The notes under the pieces: generated by a model
Database searches by the model: none
What the model saw: the letters and a program-made list of their open reading frames with translations, nothing else
Told to the model about the DNA's origin: nothing
Part shown: positions 52,364 to 64,000 of the stretch, one piece after another
Numbering within the stretch: position 1 is the first letter of the stretch
How the letters are laid out: each line of letters starts with the position of its first letter
Assembly: GCF_004010195.1 (NCBI RefSeq)
Contig: NC_057718.1
Span: 44,678,143 to 44,742,142 of the forward strand
Reading direction: 5' to 3'
DNA length: 64,000 bases
From: Chiloscyllium plagiosum
Taxonomy: Eukaryota
Program-made: the position numbers and the translations under genes

Positions 52364-52899
52364 ACCTGAAACTTCATGTTAGTCATGTCTGAAAAGTAAA
52401 CCTGAAGGTGTAAACTGGAGTAGTTCCTACTTTGTACTGAAGCAGCAGATACACAATTTGCCTTATTTGTCCCTTTCCTCTCTAAAGTTCCTTGAACATA
52501 TTGCAGCCTCTCTATATTGATAGCCATCTTTCCTGAAACTCGGTGCTTGAATTCCTGCAGTCAGATTTTCACCCCAGGTTCTTTTAAAGTTAGAAATTAT
52601 GATGTAAAAGTAAACTTTCTTACCTCATTCTTCTCCACAAGTCTACAGTTCTGACATGGATGACATCGCTCTCCTCCAATGCCACTGCACTGCCTTGCAG
52701 CTGTCACAACTGCTCCCATCTGTTTCACATCTTGCCTATCTGGCCATAGCCAGACTGTCCATTGTATTAGCATCTCTATTCTTGCACCAATGCTTCTTGT
52801 GTTCCACAAGGAATGGTGCATAACACTTTTCTATTTCTAATCCACAAACTGCCCCTCAGTGACATAATTTAAAAATACATCATTTACTGGTGGAGAACT

Positions 52900-53365
52900 T
52901 GCAGGTCTTCCCAGTTATCTAGTGCTTTGGTCTTTATATTGGTCGAGGATTTGGAAGGTATTGTCAAAGAGCCTCGGTGAATTTCTACCATGCATTTGGC
53001 AGTATGCACTGTGTATAGGACACATTGCAGACATTCAGCAAGGTTCCGTAACATCACCTTCCAAACCACAACCACTACCATCTAGAAGGATAAGGGCAGC
53101 ATAGACATAGGAAAACCATCACTTCCAAGTTTCCCACCAGGCCACTCACTATTCTGACTTGGAAATATATCACTGTTCCTTCAGTGTCACTGGGTCAAAT
53201 TCCTGGGGTCCCCTCTCTACCGACATTGTGGGTCTTCCTGCACCAAATGGATGGTAGCAGTTCAAACAGGCAGCTCACTAGCACCTTTTGAAGGGGAACT
53301 AGGGATGGGCAATAAATACTGGCCCAGCCATTGATGCCTACATCCTGTCAGTGAATGAACACAAA
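52900..53365 (+). mobile_element. SINE or LINE tail sharing the old LINE 3' end
   Basis: Ends ...gggatgggcaataaatactggcccagcc...gtgaatgaa, matching 17560-17630. Confidence 0.7.
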
Positions 53366-53369
53366 GAAA

Positions 53370-54240
53370 ACATTTTCATATTATTGGTGATGGCAGTCCA
53401 CTTTACCTCACCACTGCAACTTCCCCACAGTTCATAAATTATCAGACAGGTTATCAGACGTCAAGTAATAGATGCACAGAAATTTCCTCCAATTAACTAT
53501 TGGGAAGACTAATGCCATTGATTTCACACCCAGTGCCAAATTTTGTTCCTTAACTAACCAATCCATATCATTCGCTGACAACAGCTTGAGGTTAAAACCA
53601 ATCTTTTTGGAGCCTTGGTGTCATATTTGACCCTAAGATGAGATTTTGCCCACATATTTTCAACATCACCGCAGTCAGCTATTTCCAATTCCATTGAATC
53701 ACCTGGCATGCACCTTTCTCAGCTCATCTACTGCTGACACACTTAGCTGGACCTTTGTCACCTCTAGATCAGATTATTCCAACATACTCCTGGCTGGTCC
53801 TATACAATCTACCTTGCATAAACCTGAGGTCATCCTAGGCTTTGTTGTTCATGTGTGTATTTGGACCAGCTACTGTTCCCCACTCTGCTTAGTGATCTAC
53901 ATCGGCTCTACATTTGAAACACCTTGATTTTTATATTTTCAATCCTGATTTCAAATGCTTCATTGAGATCATCCCTCACTATCTTTATAGTCTCCCCCAG
54001 CGCCACATTTGTGAGGTATTTGCACTCCTCTAATCCTGGCCTCTTGAGCATCCCAATTCTAATTGCTCCACCATTAGCAGTCACATCTCCAGCTGCTTAG
54101 GTCCTACATTTTCCTGCTTCTCTGCTTCCCTTTCTACCACAGAGACAATCTTCTTTGATCAAGCTCTTAATCAACTTATCTGTGTCATACTGTGCCATGG
54201 TATGTTCTGTGATGTGCCTTGAATATTTTAAAAATGTAAA
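53370..54240 (+). mobile_element. L2-clade LINE 3' fragment
   Basis: FVTSRSDYSNILLAG resembles the L2 SRLDYCN motif; upstream NxGKT and LGVIFD remnants. Confidence 0.75.
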
Positions 54241-55099
54241 TAGTTGTTATTTGACCTGAGAACATTATCATTGGGAACTGTGGAGTCAGCTGTTTAAGGT
54301 GGTGGTTCTGAAGAGGGTAATGTTGGACACTGCATTAGGCTCCACCCAATCTGATAATGCCACATAGTCTTGTTGGCGGGGGCGCGGGGGAGGGGGTGCG
54401 GGAGCAAGAGGATTCTAGCTCAAGATCTAAATGAGTTCAGACATGTTATTCCAGCCTCCAAATAGTCTCAGTAATTATGTGTAATTAACCAATGTAACTT
54501 GGACCTTTTTTTTAAACATACAATTAATTATGTCTTAAGTTAAGTGCCACATCTTGCTAAGACTCACTAGTAGTTCATACTCTGCCATGTGACAAAGTCT
54601 TTGTCTCTATCAGGGAGTTTTGCTTGATGTGGCAAACTTAGGTTATCGCTTTTAACATAAAAAACAAGGATGTGGCTATCGTGGCACTGAAGAATCCAAC
54701 ACATGTTTGTTACAGATAGCTATTATACTCAGACATTATATTCCTCAAGAATACCTGTTTCAGAGCTAACACTAAGTTTTTAAGTTAAGACAGAGCAGTA
54801 TGCTTGTTGTATTGTGTCATGCTTCAAGTTTTCCTGAGCACAAGTCATTTGCTATTATATAGTGATGATATCATAGGCACGTCTCTTAGAGAAATACTGA
54901 CATACAGAAGATGAAACAGAACACAACACTGTACAACTGTGACCAGATCCCTCAGACCCAACTGTACTGCTTCCCTACATTAACTGCTGGTGGTTGGTTC
55001 CATAATACATACACCATAAACAAATTCAAAGGCCAACTGGACAATTTAATGAAGTTGCAAAATGTAACATTTAGAAGCAAACATCTTTAATACAGGTGA

Positions 55100-56330
55100 G
55101 CCAACTTTAAAGCAGCATGTTACAAATTCTTAAGTACTTTTTTTTTGCCAAGGTATTGCAGAATATGGATTATCCACTGCATTGGCAGATAATTTCCCAA
55201 AGCCTGTAAATACTGCAGAAAAATTATCTTGTCAGAAAATAAGAGGCACTGTTATAATAAAAACTCTAGCTAATCACCATTCTGTATCTGTCATATCTTG
55301 CCAAAACAGACTGATCATTTTAATGGATGAGAACAATGATACTTGCAGCAAGAAGGAAATTTGCATTATCGTCAGAAATTTTCACACTTAGTTTAAACAG
55401 ATCTCATAACCATAGAAATATTAACTTAGTAAATGTTAAGAAAACACATTTAATGCAACATGGTATACATGGAAGAATGTTTTTGAATCTGCCAACATCA
55501 TATGGAAAAAGTAACTGTTCTAAGAAGGATAAAATAGCAGTGAAATTCAGTGCACTATCTGATTTTCTCTTCCTACTTTACACCACCTTGCATAAAGGAT
55601 GCTATTAAACAATGTCAAAATCATTGGAAAATCTGGTGGAGGACATTTTGTTATTCTTTTAGTGATACCAAAATGAAAAGAAATGCACAAGCAACACCAG
55701 CAGTGATTCGATGCAAATGTTTCTCAACTAATAAAACATGCGGCTTTGTCCCTGCTTTAATGATAAGTGGCTTTGCCTCAGCTATCCAGTAGCAAGATAT
55801 GGCAGTCCCTTTAATTATATTTTTTTGGAAACATTAATCAAACAGAACAATCTGGCTGAGTTCAGACAATTTAAAGTAATGTACAAGATGAGGAATTCCA
55901 TCTCTACCTTCTTTATTTGAATATGGGCCAGGTGATTGATTAGTCGGCAATGTTTTTATTCAAGCCAAGGATTCAGGAGTTTCCTACCCCTGGGAAGAAA
56001 GAGTTTACTCCTAAAAGCTCTGCTCAATCAATTTATGAAGTCAGATATGTTGAGCAGTGCCAATGCTGTAATCTTGGCGGATGTTTAAGGTTTAATGAAA
56101 TAGAGAAAACACAAGAAGTTGTCTGTTGCTATTAATGCCAAAAAAAATGTTATTGTGGCAAATAGATGCTACATTTCAGAAGTTCAATGTTGGAGTCAGA
56201 AATCTCTAAAAAAAATGATTAACTGTTTGCTACATGTGCTTGGATTATGTAGAAGATAATATTTTTAAATTACTTAGTTAATCATGCAATTTCCATCTAT
56301 CACACAATCGGATGATGAATTTGTGGATCC
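55100..56330 (+). pseudogene. Highly degraded hAT-type transposase
   Basis: LIILMDENNDTCSKKEICIIVR resembles the hAT first catalytic D region; KWLCL resembles the RW motif. Confidence 0.55.
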
Positions 56331-57541
56331 AGTATCAAGTGGATCACGAACTGCTCGATTGTCACCCAAGGTTAACAAGGCCAGTGGCAGGGGAATGTGC
56401 TGGATCCTAACAAAATGGAGACACAAGAAAAACTATATGCAACACTTTGGAAATCGATCACTAATCTTTGGAGCCTCCTTCATGACCAGGCTTTTAAAAA
56501 TTCTGTGGAAAGCATTTTTAGAAGCAGCAATAAGATCTAGAGACCCGTTCATGCCTTTGGAGACAAGTTTAGAGGTGGGAAGGACCAGAAAAATTATTTG
56601 AAAATTGCATTGGATCAGTTTGCCAGCATGTTCTAGCTTTTATCATTCTTCCTTTAAGGTGGGTTGTTGGAAAAATCAGGAACGCTTACAACTGATGTGT
56701 TAGGGCTATTAAGCTTACAAAGGAAGCAATTAAAAGCATTTCCCAGTGTAATCTCTCTTTTCTAACAGGGCAGTAGTTTCAGATTGTGCCTGAAACCCAG
56801 CAGTTCAGCTGAAAAAAACTTGATCAGTCACCTTGAAGAGCTGCAGAATTGGACATCTTGAGGGATTGCTTTGCAAAGCCCCCTTTCAGTCAGAGGATGC
56901 CAGCTCTTCTTTACATGAGTTCCAACTACCTGGAATGTCTTTTGCCTGATGAGCATGCCACCCATCCATAGCCGCATTTCACTGCTGCCAGCCTTTAGAG
57001 TGACATGGAAAAAGCTTTAGCAACTACACCAAGCCTATTTGGTGAGGGACCATGTCAGGGAGCCTTCACTAGCAGATGGATCAACCAGCATCTCTGCAGG
57101 CAATTGTCCTTTCATAGAGCAGAAGTAATGGCTACCATGATGTAAGTGGAAGAAGGCAGGGTCTACCTGCAGAGGAACCTGATCATAACATGTATAAGCA
57201 CCAGTACCTCAGGAGGCTGACAGGCGCTAGCAAAAGGTCACTGCTGACATTTGCATCCTTATGGTACCCGAGGTTATCAAAAGCACTTTCCTAGTGGGCC
57301 ACATATTGCTAATGTCCTAGAATTTGCCTGTCACTGGAATGCCAACCTCACATGAACACTCCAAATCCCCACCATCTCCTACAACTCCATGTCTCTGACT
57401 CTTGCCAAGTTGTGAGATCTCTTCTCTAGCAAGATTAGCAATTGATATTTGAGCAAATATAATTGATTGTACATAACACATGTACCTTCTCTCAGTTTCT
57501 GTTAGACTGGTTTCAAGACTTTAAAAACAAAGAAAATATCA

Positions 57542-58412
57542 TGTGAAGACTGTATCTTTATGTTTTTCAATATTTATGATTGTGGAATCAAATTGGAATT
57601 GCTGCACTTTTAAAAGTAAATTATTGAAACTCATTGTAATTCATGTTTACATTGCTACTTTGTTCAAGTAGTGCAGGAAGCACCAAGGTGATAGATACAA
57701 AGTGAGATTTGCCGGTTGGTTTGTGGAGTTGTTACCAGTTTTGGATGCCAAAGGCCATCAATCTGATAACAAACATCTGATTGGCTCCTGGGTAGATGAA
57801 TAGCTTATGGGTTTGAATAATAGTGCGAGAAGCATCCAGACTGCTATTAGAGGTAGATGGTGTGTTTTCCTCCCTTGTAAAATAGCTATAGCTGATAAAA
57901 AGTCAGTTTATTTTCTCTCACTAATCGCTGTAAGCTTTGACCTTTGACTAGCAATAAAGAGACTTTGCAGTTAGTGTGCCAATCGCCTGTGCCTCCTGCA
58001 AAGACGTGTAAACAACCTTGAAAAGAGAGATTGAAGGATCCAAAATCCTTGGAGGCAAAAGGATCATCTGAGTCAACTCTGTAAATCAGAACCATTGAAC
58101 TGCTTCCTCTGTTTAGTCCCCTCCACCCATATACTATTTTTTGTTTGCCTGTTTGTTTCTTTGTGTGTGTATAGGGACCTAAGAGTATTAATTAGTAGAG
58201 TTATATACTGACAGTTCATAATAGTTTACTTGTGGTTACAATTTACTTATTTATAATAAACAGTAGTTATTTTTAAGTGCAGAAAGAGTTTTCCTTGATT
58301 TATTCAACGGACAACTTGGAGATTTAAGTACCTTGATAAACTTTAAGTTTTTCAATGACTCTGGAAATTGTGGGCTTTGATTTTCAACGCAGGACCCCAA
58401 TGAGGCATGACA
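57542..58412 (+). mobile_element. Possible solo LTR
   Basis: TGTGA...TGACA termini, ATCA/TTCA 4-bp flanks, and AATAAA in the 3' third. Confidence 0.45.
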
Positions 58413-60629
58413 TTCAGGAATTGTCCTAGCTAAAGGTGCATGGTTTCCACACTGATCGACTCTGCTCCTGGCAGTGTGGATTCCTGCACTGCCTCATTTG
58501 GAAGGCACCCAGCTGGAGGTTGGCGTGGAGATCTTCTCCAAAGGCCAGTGTAATCCTTTGTCTGATTAGCGATGGGAATAATGTTTCTGATCCTGATCAG
58601 AAGCTCTGGGTCAATATAAAAACATGACAAGATAACAGGAAAATGGGTACAAATCTGAGTGATCTGTTGTTTGTCATCACAAACGTAGACAAGAATCTGC
58701 AGTTTTTCTGTCTCTATTTACACACCAACTGCACATCAACAGAAGGGAGACTTTGCAATCCATGCAGATATTTGCATTGTGTGTGCTTAATCACAAGATG
58801 ACATATGCACAGTCAAAGACACCCTGGGGAACCTTGTGGTCCTTGCAAACACCAACGCTTTATCCTGTGATATCCATGGAGAATGTGATGAGTATATTTG
58901 GTCCAACAAGTATAGACATCAGACTGTTTAACGCTTTATATATCCCCTGTGACAGTCTGAAGGGAGCTTAAACAATACACAGCTTTATTACAGCCTCCCT
59001 AAAGAATTGAAGCCTTCTTATATATTAGGAGATTCATTCTGGGCCCATATACTCTGTTGGACATGGGACAGATTTTTCAATGCATGTCTCCTTCCAATTG
59101 CTCACCCTCAGTGCCATATCTTCTGTCAACATGCCTCCATTATTTTCTCCTTCTCCTGTTCTGCTGCAATCATGATGAATATATAAAGAGGGTCACATAG
59201 GTAACATAATGCAATTTGAAATCAGTGGTAATTCTAGACAGCAGTTCTTACCCTCTTTATCTAGTTGCTTGGATCGAGACATTACTTTGGGCCTGGGTTC
59301 ACTTTCCACCAATAGGAGGTTCCATCAGTATTTAACATATATTTCAGCATGGGTGTAAATCAAACATGCCAGAGTTATCATTACTCTCACAAGGAATAGT
59401 TTGTGATATTTATCTGCTTTGTTATCATTACATTCAATTTGACTGATCATTAGCATATCATCTAAAATGGCTGATTACAAGGTTGACCTATACTTGTCAT
59501 GGGATGATGGATCAAACTGGTGACAGACCTCACACATCTTTATTTGCAGCGATACACACTGCAAACATACACTTCCTCATCCAGCAAACAGTTTCAGTCT
59601 GTTTATCTTGGTAGAAGTGAATCTACAAATAATGCCCATCACTTAGATACAATTAAACATAATTAACATAAAATAATAGATTATCTTCTCTTTCCTTAAC
59701 AAAAGTATGTAGAGCTTATATATTCAACTAAATGTTCACATTAAGTCAAAGACCTCCATATTCTATACAAAGCATCATGTTAAATCCTCTCAGCCACATA
59801 ACAGTTTATTTGAGCATGAATTTCTTTCTGTGAAACTATACAAGTATTGATGACTTTCATCCATGCATTTAACTTGAGACATTTCCTTTCTGGCTGATTT
59901 TGGTTCAAACTGAAAAGATCAATCAACATTTTGTCTTACTCCCCCATTTCTTAGCGGGAACATCATCCCAAAAGGAACCATTATTTGACTAACATGACAC
60001 CCAATGTACTGAGTCTCACTTAATGAACATCAAAAAATAGAATCCTATTTCCACCTCCTCCACAAAAGCCGATATTTCAGGGGACCAAGTATGTTTCCCA
60101 ACCATTTCTTACTTTCTAAGCTTCCCAAACTAAAGGGCAAAATTTCACATTTCTATTCATGAGAAGTATTTGGTAACTAGGTACACAGGATAATTAGAAT
60201 ACAAAGCATCACTAATAATGACTAACTTCATGTTCTTTGGATCACTTGAGGGTGGAAATTTAAGTAATGCATTTATCCAAATTTAACTTACTTAATGTTT
60301 CATTTCCACCTGAAGCATTCATTGTACTCTAGGGTGCTCTTTTATAGTACTTTGTTTGGTATGCTTTTCTTTATTGGTCAGAGCATTGAGTATTAGAATT
60401 ACATCTCATCCAAGAAATATCATATCCTGGATGCCAGATCTGCTTTTTCTTATTTTTCACAGTTTTCTTTCAGTACATGGTGCTTTCATAAGATATTTCA
60501 CAAATATTTCTCTCTGAATGGTATTACCCCACTTCTTTACTCCGATGAACATGTGGTCAAAATGTGGCTATCTGAGAGTCCACTGTTACACTGAACCACT
60601 CAGGTGCTCTTCAAAGCCAAGAATAACTA

Positions 60630-60840
60630 ATCATGATTTGGAGATGCTGGTGTTGAACTGGGATGTACAAAGTTAAAAATTACACAACACCAGGTTATAG
60701 TCCAACAGGTTTAATTGGAAGCACACTAGCTTTCGGAGCGTTGCTCCCTCATCAAGACAACCACCTGATGAAGGAGCGGCGCTCCGAAAGCTAGTGTGCC
60801 TGCAATTAAACCTGTTGAATTATAACCTGGTGTTGTGTGA
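60630..60840. mobile_element. 211-bp hairpin element with hammerhead motifs on both strands and a 10-bp TSD
   Basis: AGAATAACTA occurs at 60620-60629 and 60841-60850. Arms 60682-60755 and 60765-60840 are inverted. + strand CAC-CTGATGA-a-GGAGC-ggc-GCTCC-GAAA-GCTA-GTG. Confidence 0.85.
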
Positions 60841-61119
60841 AGAATAACTAGATTTGTTTCAGTTTTTAAGTCCATTTCTGCAAGGGCCTTTCCAGCAAAA
60901 GTCTAGCTGTGTGACAAAGCTGACTATTACCTCAGATGAAGTTCCATGCTCTTTCAAACTATCCAACTCTGGTTGTTTTGCCTCTCTTATAAAATAATCC
61001 ACAAGTTTATTGGCGGCAATCAAAATATCATGGTAATGAAAATATTCTACTTCTATATCATTGTGAGACTTTTTATGGCTTTTGTTTCATTTTCTAATGT
61101 ATTTGAGCTATAGACTTCA

Positions 61120-61790
61120 TTCTGAAGCTGTGCTTTTGGGTCCTAGTCTCTCCTACTTGTCGAAACAGATTATCCCCATCGACTCAATCCAGGCCTCTCA
61201 GTATTCTGTAGGTTTCAATCAGATACCCCCTCATCCTTCTAAACTCCATTGAGTTGACACCCAGAGTCCTCAACCACTCCTCATATGACAAGCCCTTAAT
61301 TCCCATGAATCATTCTTGTGAACCACTTCTGGACCCCGTTAAAAGCCACTACATCCTTCCTTAGATACAGGAACTAAGATATTGCTCACAATATTCCAAA
61401 TGTGACCAGAGGCTCAAACAGCCTCAGCAGTACCTTCCTGTTCTTTTATTCTGGCCCTCTCAAAATGAATGCAACATTGCATTTGCTTTCTTAACTGGCA
61501 ACTGAAACTGCATGTTAATCCAAAGAGAATCTGAACTAGGATTCCTAAGTCCCTTTGTGCTTCAGATTTCTGAAGTCTATCCCCATTTAGAAAGTAGTCT
61601 ATGCCTCTGTTCTTCCTATGAAGGTACATAACCAAGACTTTCTCACATTATATTCCTTCTGCCACTTCTTCACCCCCTCTCCGTATTATTCAATTCCAAT
61701 GCAGCCTCCATGCTTCCTCAACAGTATCTGTCCCTCTTTGTGTCATCTAAAAACTAAGCAACAATGCCCTCAGTTTCTTCCAGCTGCCCA
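61120..61790 (-). mobile_element. CR1 RT C-terminal fragment
   Basis: DYFLNGDRLQKSEAQRDLGILV and RMRGYLIETYR. Confidence 0.8.
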
Positions 61791-63469
61791 ATGCCCATTC
61801 TTACCTCTCTCTTACCTTTTATATGTTGAAAAATGTTTATGCTTGTCGTAGCTTCACCTCTATGCTCTGCAATTGTCACATCCTTGTATTCATTAGATCT
61901 CTGTATAGCATTCAATTATCCATCTTAGGCAGTTGACTTGTAATGTGATAGTTTTGACGTGTATGTCATGATCACTCAGATTACCATCATACATCTATTG
62001 ATCTATTGCATTCTGTTCCTCATGACCTTCACCATATCAGGTATAAGATACTTGGTTTACTTCTATCAGCATTCTAGATTTGCAAGTAATTCACATTAGT
62101 CATGAGTAATGAAGCTTTTCAGTTTGATCACCATGTTTGATAAGCATGTCTTACTGTAAGAACATTATCTCACCAGGGCCTTTCAATTACCTATGACCCT
62201 TTCTTTAATAGTATACCAAGCATCCTGAATTAAATTCTGTCTCACATAATCTTATTTGATGTCTCAATGCTTGCTAGATATTCTCTAAAACCTCAGTTTT
62301 GATAAAAGCATTCAATTGTGTGGAAAAGAAAGAACTAATTGTCATACTTTCTAGTAAGGAGGACAATCCCACAGAGGACAATTTGGGATTTCAGCCATGG
62401 ACTAATTGTTAGGGATTATATTCCCTCATCATGTGAAATAAATTCTTTGCACAGTCCACCCATGTCATTGCAATCTGGTTAATCAGTTAAACTTTTATGC
62501 AGTATTTCATTGATCACAGCATGATTCCCATTTCAAAAGCACTACTGAAAGAACTTCCAGCTGCACTACTCATAACTCTGATGTTCATGTTTTCACCTTT
62601 CTGAACTTGCCACTGGCAAATTATCAGTCAGAAACTTTGTTGATCTCCCAAACTCAGCTCCTATCTAGTTTGCCATGATTTTGCCTATATTCACCTTCTT
62701 GTTCTTACCATGTGCTGCGATAAACAGACTAAATCTTGACACTGGTTCTATAAAATGTAGAATGAAAATATTTCCATCTCTATCACCTATCTTTAGATAC
62801 ACAGAAACTATCTTGCTAAAGCCACGTGTAAAAGGAAGGTTTAAAATAGAGCATAGAACCAAGCTCTGACATTTTTACAGATTGTCACTAAACTGTTTCA
62901 TTAGCCTGATATTCTTCATTAACCAACACAACATATTTTTAGCGAGATTTCTAACCTTTGACAAATAGGGTGAGCAAATTGTCTATATAACTTCAAATGC
63001 TTTTTTTCTCTCATTCTTATCACCTGATTACATATTGGCATCTGTCTCACACACTGATTAAAAACACAAGAAGTTTGTTAAGGGGATACAGTCATATCCT
63101 GACTGAGTGGATAACAAAATCCAAAATTCAATCTCTGTGTCAAATTTTGTCTTCAAAGAACATTCACACAACAGTACGGGTATTTCATTAGAGATTGAAT
63201 CAGTACATATAATATGGTTAATTCTAGTTGTTTTATATGTAATTCTAACTCTGTTTAGTAGCCTCAATATGTTGTCAGCATCAATTCCAAAGCAAGCAGA
63301 ACTTTTGTTTCCTTAACTTTGCATCAATCTTCATTACTTAGTGAATCAAGATAACAATTTAACCAATTCCTGTCGCATAAGGAATCACAAGCACATACTA
63401 GTATTGCAGACTTTAAAAAGTCTGTGACTAACACATTCATCGCAGGCCTAAAGCTCCTTGTGGCCAGTA

Positions 63470-63768
63470 TAGATTAGATTACTTACAGTGTGGAAACAGG
63501 CCCTTCAGCCCAACAAGTCCACACCGATCCTCCGAAGAGCAACCCACTCAGACCCATTCCCCTACACCTAACACTATGGCAATTTAGAATGGCCAATTCA
63601 CCTAACCTGCACATTTTTGGACTGTGGTAGGAAACCGGAGCATCCGGAGGAAACCCACGCAGACATGGGGAGAATGTGCAAACTCCACACAGACAGTTGC
63701 CTGAGGCAAGAACTGAACCCAGATCTCTGGCATTGTGAGGCAGCAGTGCTAAACACCGTGCCACCATG
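63470..63768 (-). mobile_element. HE1-like V-SINE
   Basis: Full head, V-domain and (TAATC)n tail. Confidence 0.88.
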
Positions 63769-64000
63769 GTGAATTTGATCAGATTCACCACTATTTTTAT
63801 CTTTTGCTGTAGGATTTCTTCCATAATGTCTTATTTATAAATCTTATCTCTTTAGCTAGTACACGACATATTGATACTTTGAATTACACAGAGAACATGG
63901 ATCAACTGTTCCTTGTTGGTATTAATTTGCCCATCTTTCTGTTCCAAATTTTTCTTCTGCTGTAATAACCAAAAATACGTGACAAGAGATTTCATCTTCC

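Noticed and set aside
62709..62862. Minus-strand ORF with a donor-like ATG|GTAAG as a possible upstream channel exon
   Set aside because: No similarity to the TREK N-terminus or M1. The expected M1 exon and the M3/P2 exon were not found by eye in this window.

Overview
Vertebrate genomic DNA, most likely shark or ray, inferred from HE1/V-type SINEs and abundant CR1/HER1-like LINEs. The window lies inside a minus-strand TREK-subfamily K2P potassium channel gene (KCNK2-like). Only two coding exons are recognisable (21058-20941 and 18865-18705), covering the M1-P1 loop, pore 1 and M2. The rest is intron packed with transposon fossils. Main structures: (1) A full-length, degenerate Gmr1-type Ty3/gypsy element (31797-39916) with integrase upstream of RT, a SCAN-like gag and a tRNA-Pro-like PBS. 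It splits a long CR1 and itself hosts an inverted Penelope-like element and a CR1. (2) At least four families of Penelope-derived elements carrying minimal hammerhead ribozyme motifs. These include short hairpin elements with a hammerhead on each strand and some insertions with clear target-site duplications. (3) A GFG-K rather than GFG-N filter exit in the channel. (4) Inverted young CR1 copies bracketing the 279-nt, frame-preserving exon pair. All calls were made by eye; repeat boundaries are approximate unless a TSD is quoted.
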